A stretch of DNA of 63,480 bases, counting the filler, from Reticulomyxa filosa (lineage: Eukaryota > Protista > Foraminifera), in assembly GCA_000512085.1 (NCBI GenBank). It is 24 parts of 24 records of this genome, joined end to end, with 100 filler letters (N's around TTAATTAATTAA, not from the genome) between each part and the next. Parts side by side here need not be neighbours in the genome. Positions count along the whole stretch, not along the records: positions 24,888 to 29,959 come from ASPP01027239.1; positions 30,060 to 31,642 come from ASPP01028883.1; positions 31,743 to 35,388 come from ASPP01005292.1; positions 35,489 to 36,504 come from ASPP01046418.1; positions 36,605 to 37,934 come from ASPP01033242.1; positions 38,035 to 39,034 come from ASPP01044426.1; 18 more parts are not named here. One strand, 5' to 3'. The stretch's first letter is position 1; each line of letters opens with the position of its first letter. The notes below the pieces were generated by a model, which made no database searches, was not told where the DNA came from, and saw only the letters and a list, made by a program, of their open reading frames with translations. The position numbers were made by a program, and so were the translations under genes. Below, in pieces: positions 24,888 through 38,386 of the stretch.

Positions 24888-26125
24888 TGGTCAATGATTG
24901 AGCTAAAATGTGAACTTTTTCTTCTTTTTCTTGCCCAGTGTAAGGGGAATAGATGGTGCTATAGCCACCTCCAGCCCAATCATACATATGAGGTGATTTG
25001 GGCGATTCCTTCAAAGTATTTGACGATTTAGTAGATTTCTTTGTGTTCGTGTTATCTTTGTCCACCTTCAAGTCTTCGATCAAATAAGAAGAAGGCGAAG
25101 AAGGAACGCTCCAATTGGAGCCAATCACAAAATATGGTACCTGTTCCTCGAACAGTTTCTTTGACAGTTGATTGCGAAACCAAAAGTATGTCTTCTCGTC
25201 TCCAGCACGGTGACAACCAGACATCCATGCAATGCAATAGAGCAATGTCCAAATGTTTTCCTTCTTGTATTCCGCTGATTTTATAAAATAAATGACATAT
25301 TTATAGATATGGTATATTTATAGATAGAGTATATACATATATATGTATATATGAAATGACAATGATTATACACAATGTATGGATTTCTATCTTAACGCAA
25401 TATTTTGTGGACATCAAAGCAAATCCCTAATCCCACTTTTCCATATTCCGTTTCGGCAGTGACAATATCTTTTCCGTATGTGCACCATGCGAAATCATAA
25501 TAAGGCCACAAGTTGGTTTTGCGATAGTGTGCGATCACATCTCCTTTTGGATTGATCAATGATACACTGTTATAAAATGTCCATTCATGATATGGAAAAT
25601 ATTGAGCTTCAACTTCCTTTATTTATATAAACACATGTTGTTGTTGTTGTTGTAATATATTTGTTATTTACATTGTATTCTTTTTTTTTCTATTTTGTAA
25701 ACTTCTTTATTCTTCTGAGGTGGACTTTTTACTTTTTCTACAAAAGGTATGGTACAATAAATTGATAATTCTCGACATAGAGTTTGAAAATGTTTTATCA
25801 TAGATGAATCATCTTTATCTTGAGCATATTCTAATGGATTTATTAGAGAATCAAATCTCTTTGAATCAGTCCATTTATCTCGTCCTCTTATAAACCATGT
25901 TTTCTTGAAATCAACTGAGGCATATCCTGTAAGTGCTGCTTCTGGTAATACTATTATCTTTGCACCTTTATCAGCAGCTTGTCGAATCAAATTCGTAAAG
26001 TGAATTTTATTCTTTTCAATATTTCCAAAATAATTAGGTGCTTGGATGGCTGCTACCTTTACTGATTTTATGTCAGTCTCTGCTACTTTTATTTCCTTTT
26101 CTTCCAAAGGTCCTAAGCTTGACAT
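24888..26125 (-). CDS. Carbon-nitrogen hydrolase (nitrilase superfamily), 3+ exons, 3' truncated
   Basis: VAAIQ..GAKIIVLPE (catalytic Glu), YNSVSLI..HYRKTNL (Lys) and GLGICFD (Cys) form the complete E-K-C triad. Confidence 0.9.
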
Positions 26126-27532
26126 TTCAAAAAGTGAGAGTAATTAAGGGGGGAGGGGAGAGGGGTAAAGAGTTTTATATCATCAATGCTATCACAATTA
26201 ATTTAAATATTTTTTTATTTTGAAACGAAAATATGTTATTAATATTATGTATCATTCCCCCCTTCCCTTCCCTTCATCAAATTACACAAAAATGAAAAAT
26301 ACATTTAAGATTGAGGAGGGGCGTTCCAAAATTGGTAACGCCGTTAAAAATTTCCTACCGTCCCAGCTTTTAGGGCCAAGGGACGTCAGGAGGGCTATTG
26401 GTTTTAGTTTTCAATTAGCAATCATCCGCCATCAGTTTTTCAACTTCACGCAGTCGGATATTGCACCTGCCCAAGGATAAGGAAAAATTAAATTATGTAT
26501 ACACAACTGAGATCGATTCAAATCTCGTTTGTAATGTAGTCATTCTTCACACTCTTCAAATCTTTGCACTTATTTTACAAATTTTATTTTATTTTTTTAA
26601 AAACCAAATTCAATTTTATTATTTTAGAATCAATGTGATTTTTTGTGTTGGACAAATTTGTTTAACAAAAAAATTGAGTTTTTAGCCTTCATGTAAGCAA
26701 AAAAAAAACTCTTAGTACACTTCCATTATTGTACTTTTGTGAAAAAAGGTTGAATGATATGAGTTTAAAAAAGCTTCAAATCTTGTGGACATTAAGACTT
26801 GCTTTGAAACTCTGGTCCCCTTTGTCAAGGCTACTTTGTCTGTGCCACACAAACACGCTCATTTGTTCCAGTGCATATTCACTCTTGTCATACACTCAAG
26901 AACAAATACAAATCGATTTGTTCTTATACAGATTATATTGATTTATTTGGATATTCAAATTATTATCTTTTGGATATAAACATAGATTGATAATGAATTA
27001 TGTGAATGTTTGGAACGAAGAAGGAAACATGTTTCACCCATTATCATCTTTCTTTGTTACTTACACAACATACAAATAACTTTCACATAGCTATGATAAT
27101 AAAGCAATTATCTTTGCTATGATCGATTAATTGAAAGTTCAGTTTGTTATCAAACAATTATTCAATGATCAAAAATTCTTCTTTTCAACTGGCTGTGATT
27201 GGGGGATATAAATATCACTTACAATAAGAATGACAATTTTTATGTGATGAAAAGAAAGTTTGTGTTTGTGATATTTCTGAGAATGGAGTGACAATTTTAT
27301 ATTCAATAAACAGTTTGTTGAAAATAGCCCACTAAAGTGTTTTAAATTTTTTAATTAAAGTAATTTAAAAATGAACAATTATTTCATTTGTTTTTCAACA
27401 ACAGGTCACGATTGTTGGGATCGTGCCCGTCTTCAGGTGTCTGACCACTTCACGAGATAGAATAAAATTACTGATCTCTGAAGAAAAACAGTTAATAGTC
27501 TGTGCGTGAATAGACTTTAAAAAAAGAAGATA

Positions 27533-28561
27533 CTAATCGGCAATGGCAAAGACAAAACTAACAGCAAATAGAAATATAATAGTCAATGTCCATCTTTCAT
27601 CCCAATTGGCTTTGTTGTGTGTGTTGGAATGATTGTCATCTTTTAGAACTTTTGTTTGTGATTTTTTGAGCAACTCAAAACATTCAGGCAGCAATTCCAT
27701 AAAACTAACGTACATCATTGCGCCAGCAGCAAAGCCCAAAGAAAGTTCCAAGAGACGTTCAAAATAATCGACGAATAAAAAAGCAGGAACTGCAGTAAGC
27801 GGTAAGGGTATATCACAAGCAACACTCCAAAGAGCGCTTTCCCATTTGGACATGCCACGACTCACTAAGAACAGACAAGTGGCTAGTCCTTCGGGAATAT
27901 TATGAATGCATAGTGACAATATTACAACTGATGACAAATCATTATTTGAGCTTACGCCATAGGATACACCAATTGATGCCCCTTTTTTTTTTTTTTTTGT
28001 TCAAGCTAATAACAAGTGCATTTCAAATTAGGGAGGAAAAACACTTACCTTCTCCTAATGAATGTATTGTCATCGTTAACAACACCACTAATATTTGTGA
28101 CGCCGATTTTCCTTTTATGTTTTGAAATGTTATGTCTGGTGTTGATTGGATCATATGTGCAAAGAGATGCACCAATGCCCAGCCAATTGCCAGTCCAACA
28201 TATACATTCATACACTCTAATGACACGTAAAAATCCATCATTTTTAACGGCTGTTCTGTTGGTCTGCGGCCGTGACATTCTTCTAATGCTGATTGAATTA
28301 ACAAGAAACTTGTTCCGACCATCATACCACTAGCGAACACTATTAAATACGAGGATAGCTGTTTGTTTGTATTATGTTATCTATTGGCTTTTTTTTGCTT
28401 CTGCGGTTGGGACAACGTTTTTTTCATTGAAAAGAGTGGCCGTCGAGGACTACGCAAACCGAAAGACCAAGATTTTCAAATAACCAAAGTGGAACGGCTC
28501 CCAGCCCTTGAAATGAAGCAACAAAACTTGCACTTAGAAACACCGTTAGTGCAGATGTCAT
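27533..28561 (-). CDS. ZIP-family (ZupT/GufA/ZIP11-like) metal transporter, multi-exon
   Basis: FASGMM, TIHSLGEG, CIHNIPEGLA and LGFAAGAMMYVSFMELLPE. Confidence 0.9.
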
Positions 28562-29023
28562 GATTGCTGATGGACTAGTTCGAACTCCAAGGTGCACCGT
28601 GTCGTTTTATTTTGTTCCACAAAAACACTATTTTATAGTTTAGTGATTGAAACTACGGAATTTGAAAAAAGAGAAAGGGTTGTGATTGATGCTTAAAAAA
28701 CAAAAAAAGTTTGACTGGATTATATCCCAACAATTTTTTCAATTCATTGTTTTCCTTGAATTAAAAAAAAAAGACCATAAAAACAACAAACTGCTTGCAA
28801 GAACATACAGTTTGAATGAAAGCTTCACGCGATTCTTTATCGTTATTATTGATCAAAAAATTAACAACAACAAAAAACCAATCAAATAGAATTAAAAGTA
28901 AAGGCCATGTTTGGGCTCATTCATTTCAAAGAAGAGCCTTGTGTGAAAGAAAAAAGACACAACACAAAACAAAGCAAACAGAAAAAACAAAACAAAAAAA
29001 TACAAACGTTACGAAAATAGAAT

Positions 29024-29912
29024 CTATTTTTTGAGATTCCATAAGGTCATAGTAGGCGGTTTGATTTTTTCTTTTTCCCACACTTGGCAACATACAGCAA
29101 CGTGTTGCAAATCGTGCAAAAAGTCAACTTTAACAACATTACTTTTGTATTGAATTTTGTGCATTTCCTTCCCAGTAGCTAGATCAAATACTTTTGCACG
29201 AGGAGTATTTTTGCGGCAAATCAAAACCATGCCTTGTTTCACCCGCAAGCATTCAATGTGATCAGTGTCCGTGTCGGTCACATTTGGACCAGGGCTAACT
29301 TTGTCGCCATCAAAAGCAAACACGCAGATCTTACGTCCCCCTGCGACAATGGTTTTTCCATCTTCAGTTGGATTTACTTGCCACCATGGATAGCGATCGT
29401 CTTTCGACAATTCCTTCCCCTTGATGGTTTTTGGTCTGCATCCAATTTATTTTCCAAATGATTGTAGTATACGTCAGGATAAGTCATAAAAATGTAACAA
29501 AAAAAAAAAAAAAAAAGGGAAGACCGAACTTCCATAAATGCAATTTGTCGGTGTTGACTTTGATTTTGTCCAATCGGTCTAATTCAAACATGGACATTGT
29601 TTGATCGAACGAAGTGGAAATGAGAAAGGCACCGCCAACACCACAACTTTGCACCACATCTTTATGCATTTGAATTTCGACCAACTGCAGACCCAGTTGC
29701 GTGTCCCACACCCATACACTCCCGGTCGTGTCGCCTGCAAACACATACCGGTTGTTGTCGCTAAAGCATAAGCAGTACACACCACCAAAGCGAACCGTCG
29801 GACGACTTCGAAACAGTGTTTGCACTTCACCTTCCCCTTGCGTCATATTCCAAACCAATATGCAACCATTAGGGTCATCTCTTTGTCCAACACCGCCAGC
29901 CAGCAATGTGCC
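29024..29912 (-). CDS. WD40-repeat protein, 3' part
   Basis: VFAGDTTGSVWVWD, HKDVVQSC, ISTSFDQTM and further beta-propeller-like strands. The 5' end is cut by a spacer. Confidence 0.75.
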
Positions 29913-29927
29913 TTAATACAATCATTT

Positions 29928-29959
<32 letters not shown>

Positions 29960-30772
29960 NNNNNNNNNNNNNNNNNNNNNNNNNNNNNNNNNNNNNNNNN
30001 NNNTTAATTAATTAANNNNNNNNNNNNNNNNNNNNNNNNNNNNNNNNNNNNNNNNNNNNTTCTTTTTAAGCTTTCTCGAGGCCAACGCATTTTCGTCAAT
30101 CTTTTCGCAAATGCATATTTTTAAGAATTACTAATGTAAAATATCCAGATAATTGCTCGTCAAACGCTTCATCTTTTTTTCTAACTCTTGAGCAAATTTT
30201 TTTTAGTCAGTTTCAGTTCATGTTCGCTGTCTTCATAATTGAAATAAGTTTTGATTGCAATGCATTTTGTTACAATATGTTTTTTCCATCAATGTCCAAA
30301 ACTTTGTTGTAACTTGATTTCATTAAATATTTTAAAACCAAGTTTTTATATTTCCTATTTATTTTCAATTGTCAAATATCATGATTCAATATATCATTGA
30401 ATAATGTATTTGTTATTTTTTTGAATTCCTCCAAATTTTGAAGATAGTTTATCCAATAATTATAAGATTTTTCTTTCCATTTATCGAATCGAAGATATTC
30501 AGTAAAATAGAATTTAGTATTTTTTAATAAGATAAAATATATTTGGAAGCTAAATCATCACAGTATTCAATACGAAAAGATGAAATTTGGTTTATTTTTA
30601 TAATAAATATTTTTTATTCATTGTAAAATATGCCATTCTGCAATACGTGACTTGAAGATCCCTAATATTTGAAAATTTCTTATTTGCAATACAGGTTCAA
30701 TTTATTTAAAAATTGAAATTAAAATAAACTTTGAAATGGTCTCAAAAAATTTTGTAAATTTAGACAAAAAAT

Positions 30773-31642
30773 TTATCCCCAAACACAAATTTGACCATTT
30801 CTTGAGCCATAATATAAATGAACACCACAATAATCTTTTGATTTTTGTTCATTATCATTTACTTTCTTTTTCAATGATACAAATTTAAGACATAATATTC
30901 CATCATCTTCATTGTCACATCTTTCGATCACATATAATTTCTTCTTATTTGATCGAATATTCCAAAATCGAATTGTATTATCATCTGATCCAGAACATAT
31001 CACATTTGAATTACCACTAATACTCTTTATTACAAATGGTGAATATTCAACAGACCAAGCAGTATTTGTATGTCCATTGAACACTTGAATTTGTTGACCA
31101 GATCGAATATCCCACAAACAGACACTTCAGATAATATTGTATTTAATAATTCATTTGATCCATATTTTACACTACTAATCCAACTTTCATGTCCTTTGAA
31201 TATACTCAATTGTTTGGTTGTTTCGATATCCCATATTCGAATAGTTTTATCCTCTGATCCAGAACAAATTGTATATCCATTTCCACCAATCACACCAATA
31301 TTATTCATTTTATTGTCATTATTATTATCGTTGTTATTATTGCTTTGTAATGGTGAAATATCAGCACACAAAACACTATCTTCATGTCCATTGAAAACAT
31401 GTAATGATTTTGATGTTTCAACATCCCATAAACGAATTGTTTTATCATATGATCCAGAACACAAATATCTACCACCATTAAATGGTGAAAATTCAATTCC
31501 ATTAACACTATAAGTGTGTCCATTGAATATTTGTAATTGTTTATTATGTTTGAAATCCCAAAAACGAATGGTTTTGTCATGTGATGAAGAACAAATGACA
31601 TGTTGACGATAATTATGATAATGATATGATGAAAATTTCACA
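30773..31642 (-). pseudogene. WD40-repeat protein of a lineage-expanded family, with an internal deletion/frameshift; 5' truncated
   Basis: Repeated ICSGS.DKTIR.WD / FNGH units and NNIGVIGGNGYTICSGS. The frame breaks near 31118, where the expected GSxDxS is missing after TILS. Confidence 0.85.
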
Positions 31643-31764
31643 NNNNNNNNNNNNNNNNNNNNNNNNNNNNNNNNNNNNNNNNNNNNTTAATTAATTAANN
31701 NNNNNNNNNNNNNNNNNNNNNNNNNNNNNNNNNNNNNNNNNNAAAAAAAAAAAAAAAAACATTA

Positions 31765-32231
31765 CCTAGTAATGCGTTGTATCCGAATACTGTCCCGTTA
31801 CTGTCCCATTCTCGCACAGCACAACAGTTGGCGACAATCGCTTTTTCACTTTTCACTTTCGTCTTTTCACCAAACACTTGCGCCCCCTTTTCTGAGTCTG
31901 GGTATTCCAATGCTTCGTGTCTCAACACCGTCGGGGCATTGCATTGCAAAGCCAACGCGCTGAGGCCACACAACACGCTGTCCGTGTGGAACATCTCACA
32001 ACGCTGTAACACCGACTTTGCTGGTCCTTTTCCCAATGTACCGTCCATAAAACATTGAGAAAACTCGGCCAAGCCTTGGACTTGGTTGCTGTGGCGGGAT
32101 AACAATGTTTGACTGTCTGGATCAATTTTTAACGCCACCGGTGCAGCCTTGCTTGATGTGCTCTTTGGCTTGCTACCAAAATAGCGAAGCGAGCTTTTTA
32201 GCCCTCGAGATGAAAATGAATAGAAGGACAT
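31765..32231 (-). CDS. MmgE/PrpD family (2-methylcitrate dehydratase-like), first exon with probable mitochondrial transit peptide
   Basis: Basic/Ser-rich N-terminus, FHTDSVLCGLSAL, GAQVFG and AIVANCCAVREWDSNGT resemble the PrpD N-terminal region. Confidence 0.7.
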
Positions 32232-34404
32232 TGGGATGGACTGGATAAGATGGTTATTCAACTTTTTATTGTAAAATTTTTTATGTGTTCTTTAAACGGT
32301 TCTTTGCTTAACATGCAAGAAAAAATAAAAAGTATGAACAATATTTTCAATCCAACTAAAATAACTCTTCTTGCTTTGTGCAGTTTTGATAGATTTGAAA
32401 AAATATTGATGATGAAATTTGGAAAAAATTACAGTAAGCAAAAAAATCTGAGTAACTTCTTTTTGAAGAAATCACTTCAAATGAATTGAAAATTGTCACG
32501 TCCATTTTTGAACAGCTAACATTGTCAAAAGTTTTCATGTTGCTGGTAGGCACAATCAATTTCGTTACATCATGTATTTAAAGAGATTTTGTAAAAAAAA
32601 AAAAAAAGACTTGTTAAAGACACTCCTATACCCATTGTCAATTTACTACACAGAAGAATATAATACTTCGTAAATAGTCAACCGTATTTACTATACAAAA
32701 GTTGGCCTAATACTTAGTCTATTCTCACTTTGCAGTAAATGTAGCAATGGTAGCAAGGACGTCGTTTAAACTACTTTTTCTTTTTACAAAACTTCCTTAC
32801 GTACCCGATATATAACGGTGCCGATTTGAACATGAAAACTTTTTAATGCAACAGCTCGGCCAAGATAAATGAACCATTTTAATGATGACAAACAGCTCAT
32901 CGACGCACGTACTTTTTTTCTTTTACAGATGCCCCGCTCTTGCACTTTTATATCCTTGATCAATATCGTTAATCTGATCCATTTTTCTACAGCGTGTTGT
33001 TTTTAAATGGCCTTCACCGCAAAATACTTCATTTTCTTTTTTCACAATCGCGCTCTTTATTGTCTTGACTTCCGCTTTGGATCGTCGAAGTGGCTCTTTT
33101 TTTCCAGGCCATGCATCTCTTTGCATCATTTATGAATTTTTTTTAATGCATGGAATTTTTCTTTACCATGCAAATTGAATCGATATTTCGTCGATTTGTT
33201 TGGAACTGTGTGTGTGATGTCGACACCACTTTAGCTCTTTTTTTTCTTCCAAAACAAATACACTTGGCTTGAGTCATACTCCGTGCCACTTATTCTTTTA
33301 CAGTTTCCTCTTTTGGATCGAATGACGAGGATAGAACTAAATAACACACTTTAAGACAACTTAAAACAGAACGTTGTTTTCTTAAACAAAATAAAAGTCT
33401 CCTTCCTTGAACCAAAACAAGGCTTTGAAAGACAAAACAAACATTTAAAGAAAAAATGTTTAAGTATCAACGCAAATAGAAATAGTCTATCATTATATTA
33501 TTGTACTCGAAAAGTTTCTCAAAAGTGGTTCTCAAGAAAAACTTTCTTAAAGATAAAACAATTACTTTTTGCAACTTTTACAAAAAAGCCTTTTGACAAA
33601 AATGCTTGCACTTGGCAACAAACAAATTTTTCGATAACCGTGAAGGTTGTAGTGTGCACAACTCTTTTGATTTCTATTACTATTTATTGAAGACACGGAA
33701 AAGCAGACATTAAGGAAACAATTCCAAAGAATATCTAGTGAATATGATAAAACTTGTATCATTTAAATAGGTAAAAAAAAATGTCCTTTGGATATCGACA
33801 ATTCAACAAACAACACATCCACAAACAAAATCTTCAGAAATAAGTCAGCTGTAGACATTCTAAATGCAACCAAGGATGAATTACTCAATCACCTGTATAT
33901 ATTGCAAAAATACTCCACATATTACCAGAGAATACTGATTCAATATGCAACGATTTTCGCTTAAGACAAACAAAGTTTTCAGTATGATATTACAAGGATA
34001 CAAAATGCGTGTACTCAGGGTTTTTCGATGGTATTCATTTGATACAATACTCATTTTAAATTTATAAGTGTCAATAGCTTACGGAATACCTTACGGGAAT
34101 GCCATTATGAATTTGTTACGGCAATGACAGTCTCCCATTAATTGTTAGAATTGTCCAGTTTATTGAACAAGTAGTTCTAGAAGAAAGATTCAAACCCCTT
34201 TTTTTAATTGAAAATCTATTATATTATCGACGTTCCAGAATTGTTCCTTTAGCGAGATTTAATTAAGTTTAGAAGCCAACGTGTTTGTATTCGTTTCTCA
34301 AGTGTTGATATCTTGCACTCACTTTCTCCTTTCGCTCCTTTTTTGCTTTATGAATGTCTTTTACGGCTTTGTTGTGTTTTCCACGTGTAAAACGATTTAG
34401 ATAA

Positions 34405-35330
34405 ATGCCCAAAAAAAATACTGATGATCCGACTCAAAATGAGCGGCTTGGGACCTTGGACCAATTCAAATTTGTTAGTGCCAGTATGAATGACAGCAAT
34501 ATTTCGGATCAAAGCTCTCAGTCCTCGAGGTCTGTTAGTGTGTGCTATTTTTTTTTTTTTTTTTTAGTCAAAAAAAAATTTCCGCATGTTGGGTATCGAA
34601 TAATTTGACGATGAATGAAAACAAATAAAAGGAGACGTTCGAAACGAATTCAGAGTAAGTCTCCTCAATCTAATGAGGAAACAAACGATAGTATTAAAGA
34701 AGAGACCATTGAAGAGAAGAGCAACTCTCCCGAAAATGATGGAAATGAAGATAATGTCGAGGAACAAGGTGTTTTTTTGTTTTTTTTTTTTCCCCTCTTC
34801 CAGCAACATTTTTACACTCATCAAAAATTTTTTGTTTGGTGGAGTTTTGACGACTCGTTTTTTGTGAATAAGAAAAAATTTTTTTGATCGTGTTTCGATG
34901 TTGTTTTGCCCTAAAATAAAAAAAAAATAAAAATATATGTTTTTTTAATGTATGTCAAAAAATTTTGATTGGGTCAAAAACGAAATCAAAATGCTACATT
35001 TATAAAAAAAAAAAAAAAAACAAACAAACAAAGGAACACGTAGAAGTAATCGTGTAAAAACACGAGTGAACTATTGTGAACTGAAACAACGAGCAAGCAT
35101 CGGAAATGAGGAAACAAATGAATCAGACTCGAATAAAGAAAAAAAAAAAGCGCAAACCAAAACGAGATTTGCTACCTCGAGCGATGATGAACCAGAATAT
35201 GAAGAGGAAGAGGAAGAAGAGACCGAAGAAGAAGCAGCAGAAGAAGAGGCAGAGGAAATGAAAGGATCACGTAGAAGAAGGCAGACACATGAGTCAAATG
35301 TAGACGAAAATTTACCGAAAACGGTGAAGT
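34405..35330 (+). CDS. Hypothetical acidic/Ser-rich protein, 5' exons (truncated)
   Basis: Exons join in frame across a GT-AG intron at 34769-35033 (EEQG|TRRSNRVKTRVNY). Glu-rich tract. No family recognised. Confidence 0.6.
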
Positions 35331-35341
35331 GTTTTTCATTT

Positions 35342-35380
<39 letters not shown>

Positions 35381-35488
35381 TTTTTTTTNNNNNNNNNNNN
35401 NNNNNNNNNNNNNNNNNNNNNNNNNNNNNNNNTTAATTAATTAANNNNNNNNNNNNNNNNNNNNNNNNNNNNNNNNNNNNNNNNNNNN

Positions 35489-36040
35489 TAAGATGACAAC
35501 TGAGCCAACCAAGCAAAATAAAAAGTGTCTTCAAACAGTGATATTCACATTTGCAGATCCACCGAACATTGTCGTAAATCAAAAAACTCCAATCAAATTG
35601 TCAGACCTTCGAAAAAATATTGAAAATGACATATACGTCCACAATCACAAAGGCTAACAAATTAGTGTTACGCATTAACAGAAACAGTAATGTGGATAAA
35701 GTTCAAGACACTGTGAATGATATCAATGCAGCAGTATCAGGCAAACACATCATTTGTCATGTGTCAGGTAGCGAATTCAAGACTAAAGAGTTGTTGTGAA
35801 AGAAATTTGTCTTGAAGAAGATATTGCTGATATTCAATCAGAATTGGAGAATGAAGGTCATGAGATTAGAACATTTTATCGTTCGAAGAAATCGCAAACA
35901 GTCATTCATATACATTACAAGTCTATAGAGCAAGCCAAGCAAGTGAAGAAACATGCGAAATTGCGTATTGGTTTCATCCATAAGACTATTATAAATCCGT
36001 ATGTTTTGACGAACACTTTTGTGCAATTGATTTTAATTGA
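35489..36040 (+). mobile_element. Possible degenerate LINE ORF1 (gag-like/RRM-type) fragment
   Basis: RVVVKEI..EDIADIQSELENEG..I..V.IHY..A..LRIGFI..INPY resembles non-LTR ORF1 proteins. Upstream frames are broken. Confidence 0.4.
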
Positions 36041-38241
36041 GTAACGTTGTTTTTAATGTATTTCTTTTAGATTGCATGCTAAATGTATGACAATAAAGCA
36101 TGGCATCATTTCTTTACAAATGTTGCCTTTATGCTCCAATCAATGATAAAACTGATGTATCCTCTCCAAAAGCTTTATTTCAAGGTTCATGGAATCAAGT
36201 CATTACATAGCTCTGTTCAAAAACGTAAATTATGCTCAAGAGTTTTATTTTAACTTCTTTTGTGGTCAAGCTATGATATACTTTTCAAAAGAAAAAACTA
36301 ATACGTAATAATGATTAACGCGTATTGCATCATATAGTGTAGTGATTCCATTAACGTTTGATCAAATGAGCACTGTATTAAATTTTCTTTCACACAATAC
36401 AGAAAGTAATGCAAAAATGACAATATAGCAAAATGTGTTGAGTAAATTAACTATTGTGATAATTCATATGAGACACTTGTATGAAGATGATTTGAAACAA
36501 ATTGNNNNNNNNNNNNNNNNNNNNNNNNNNNNNNNNNNNNNNNNNNNNTTAATTAATTAANNNNNNNNNNNNNNNNNNNNNNNNNNNNNNNNNNNNNNNN
36601 NNNNATGGAGCCACACTACAACACGTGTGCCTGTCGTTGAACAAATATTGATTTTAGTGACGGCATAAAAATTGGATATGGATCATTGTATTACACTTTA
36701 AATAGCGTATAATTTGAAAAAAAATAAATTGAATGTCCATATCATGTAATGTGGTGCATGATATATTGAACGAAAATTGAACAATTTGAAAATGGTGAGC
36801 TGATTATTGTCTTGTCATATGCGCAATCTATATCCCAAGTTATAATATTTTGTTATATATGATTGAAACATGTATGATCAATACGTACATATATAACATA
36901 GATCTCTAAAGAGTACAATACATGTCTATCGAGTAATTGGAAAGTGGTTGAAGGGTTGCGGCTCCATCAAGCAAGAGTGAAGTGAAATTCGAACAACATC
37001 AAGTCGGTGGCATATTTATCGCAAGTATTTAACACTTGCCTTATGCATGGACTAATTTCATATATTGCGCCCCCAAATGAAGCTTCTTAACTTGTGTGAC
37101 AATGTTAAGCGCAGAGCCAGTGATGCTTGTGATGTCAACAACGAAATACAGTCCAGGTTCTCTTTCACTCTTTTGTCAATTATTTTAACGCATTGGATTG
37201 GTATTGTGCTCGTCAATATTTGGGTACCGCTGCTGTATTCCATGAGTTGATTTGATTCGCACTGAAAAGCTAACGTTATTGCGCATTTGTTACAAAAAGT
37301 AACAACATCGTGCCAGTCGATAATTGGATCGACCATCCAAAAGTCGCTCCATTATTTAGCGAATCAAGAACAAACTGGGATATTGGCAATATGTTAGTGG
37401 TGCAGGCTCCTGCTGGGTGGATAATGAACAATATTTTATATCAGCAGTCGAGTCCCCCCTCTCCTTTTCCACAAAGTATTCGGCTGGTATTTATGTGCGC
37501 TTGTTCCAAGTTCCTGTTACCTATTGTTATTATCGTGTTTGGGTCCATTGCTTAAAAAAGTTTTTTTATATACACTTGTTTTTTATATGTACATATTCAA
37601 TAACTAATAGCAACATCTTTATACGTATATTGGTTATTTATTTTTATGTATGTGATATGTGTTACTTGAAATATTTTAATATATATTCCAAGGTGTATCA
37701 ATGAAGTTTTGGAATGAATGGACACTTTTTTGCTGTTTTTATTGTCATTCGTGTTGTAGTAAGTCCCCAGCAATATTGATAATTGTAACAGCAACCGCAG
37801 CAATATCGATGGTTGTAGTCATGAAAGCAAAAGTGGCAAGGTCATAGTCGAATTGTTGCCAATATGTCGTCGAATCATCGAAGCCGCACTACAACACACG
37901 CATCTATCATTTCTTCAATAAATGTATTTGTTCANNNNNNNNNNNNNNNNNNNNNNNNNNNNNNNNNNNNNNNNNNNNTTAATTAATTAANNNNNNNNNN
38001 NNNNNNNNNNNNNNNNNNNNNNNNNNNNNNNNNNTTCAAGCACTGCTCCATACACAAGAAATCACACAAACAACATTGCCCGTCAAATACACATATTAAA
38101 AAGTGTGTTTAATTTATTTTAAAAAAATTATGGCATTAAAATCCGTTGGTACTCTACTGTTCACTTACATGGACAGTGATTTTTTTCCCTTCCAAGTGCA
38201 CAAATGTGTCAAATCCAGGCCTTTAGTCTTCATCATTATAG

Positions 38242-38386
38242 CACATCAATATAATGAGGTATTTATAGGTTTAAATGGTTCAAAATACATTGATATCTTT
38301 TTTTCTTTTCCATCATCTATCATTAAACCATTTTTAGGTACTTCTCTTGCACTTGTTATTGTTGATAATACTGATAAGCGATTTAC
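38242..38386 (-). pseudogene. ETF1: Eukaryotic release factor 1 (eRF1) N-domain relic
   Basis: [45 protein letters not shown] vs eRF1 [43 protein letters not shown], with internal deletions and a stop. Confidence 0.8.

Noticed and set aside
17928-28561. Metal/metalloid-resistance island (AS3MT, ABCG, ZIP, nitrilase)
   Set aside because: Two spacers separate these genes. Only AS3MT and ABCG share a contig.
36605-37934. GC-richer coding-like blocks
   Set aside because: All frames are interrupted and no family is recognisable.
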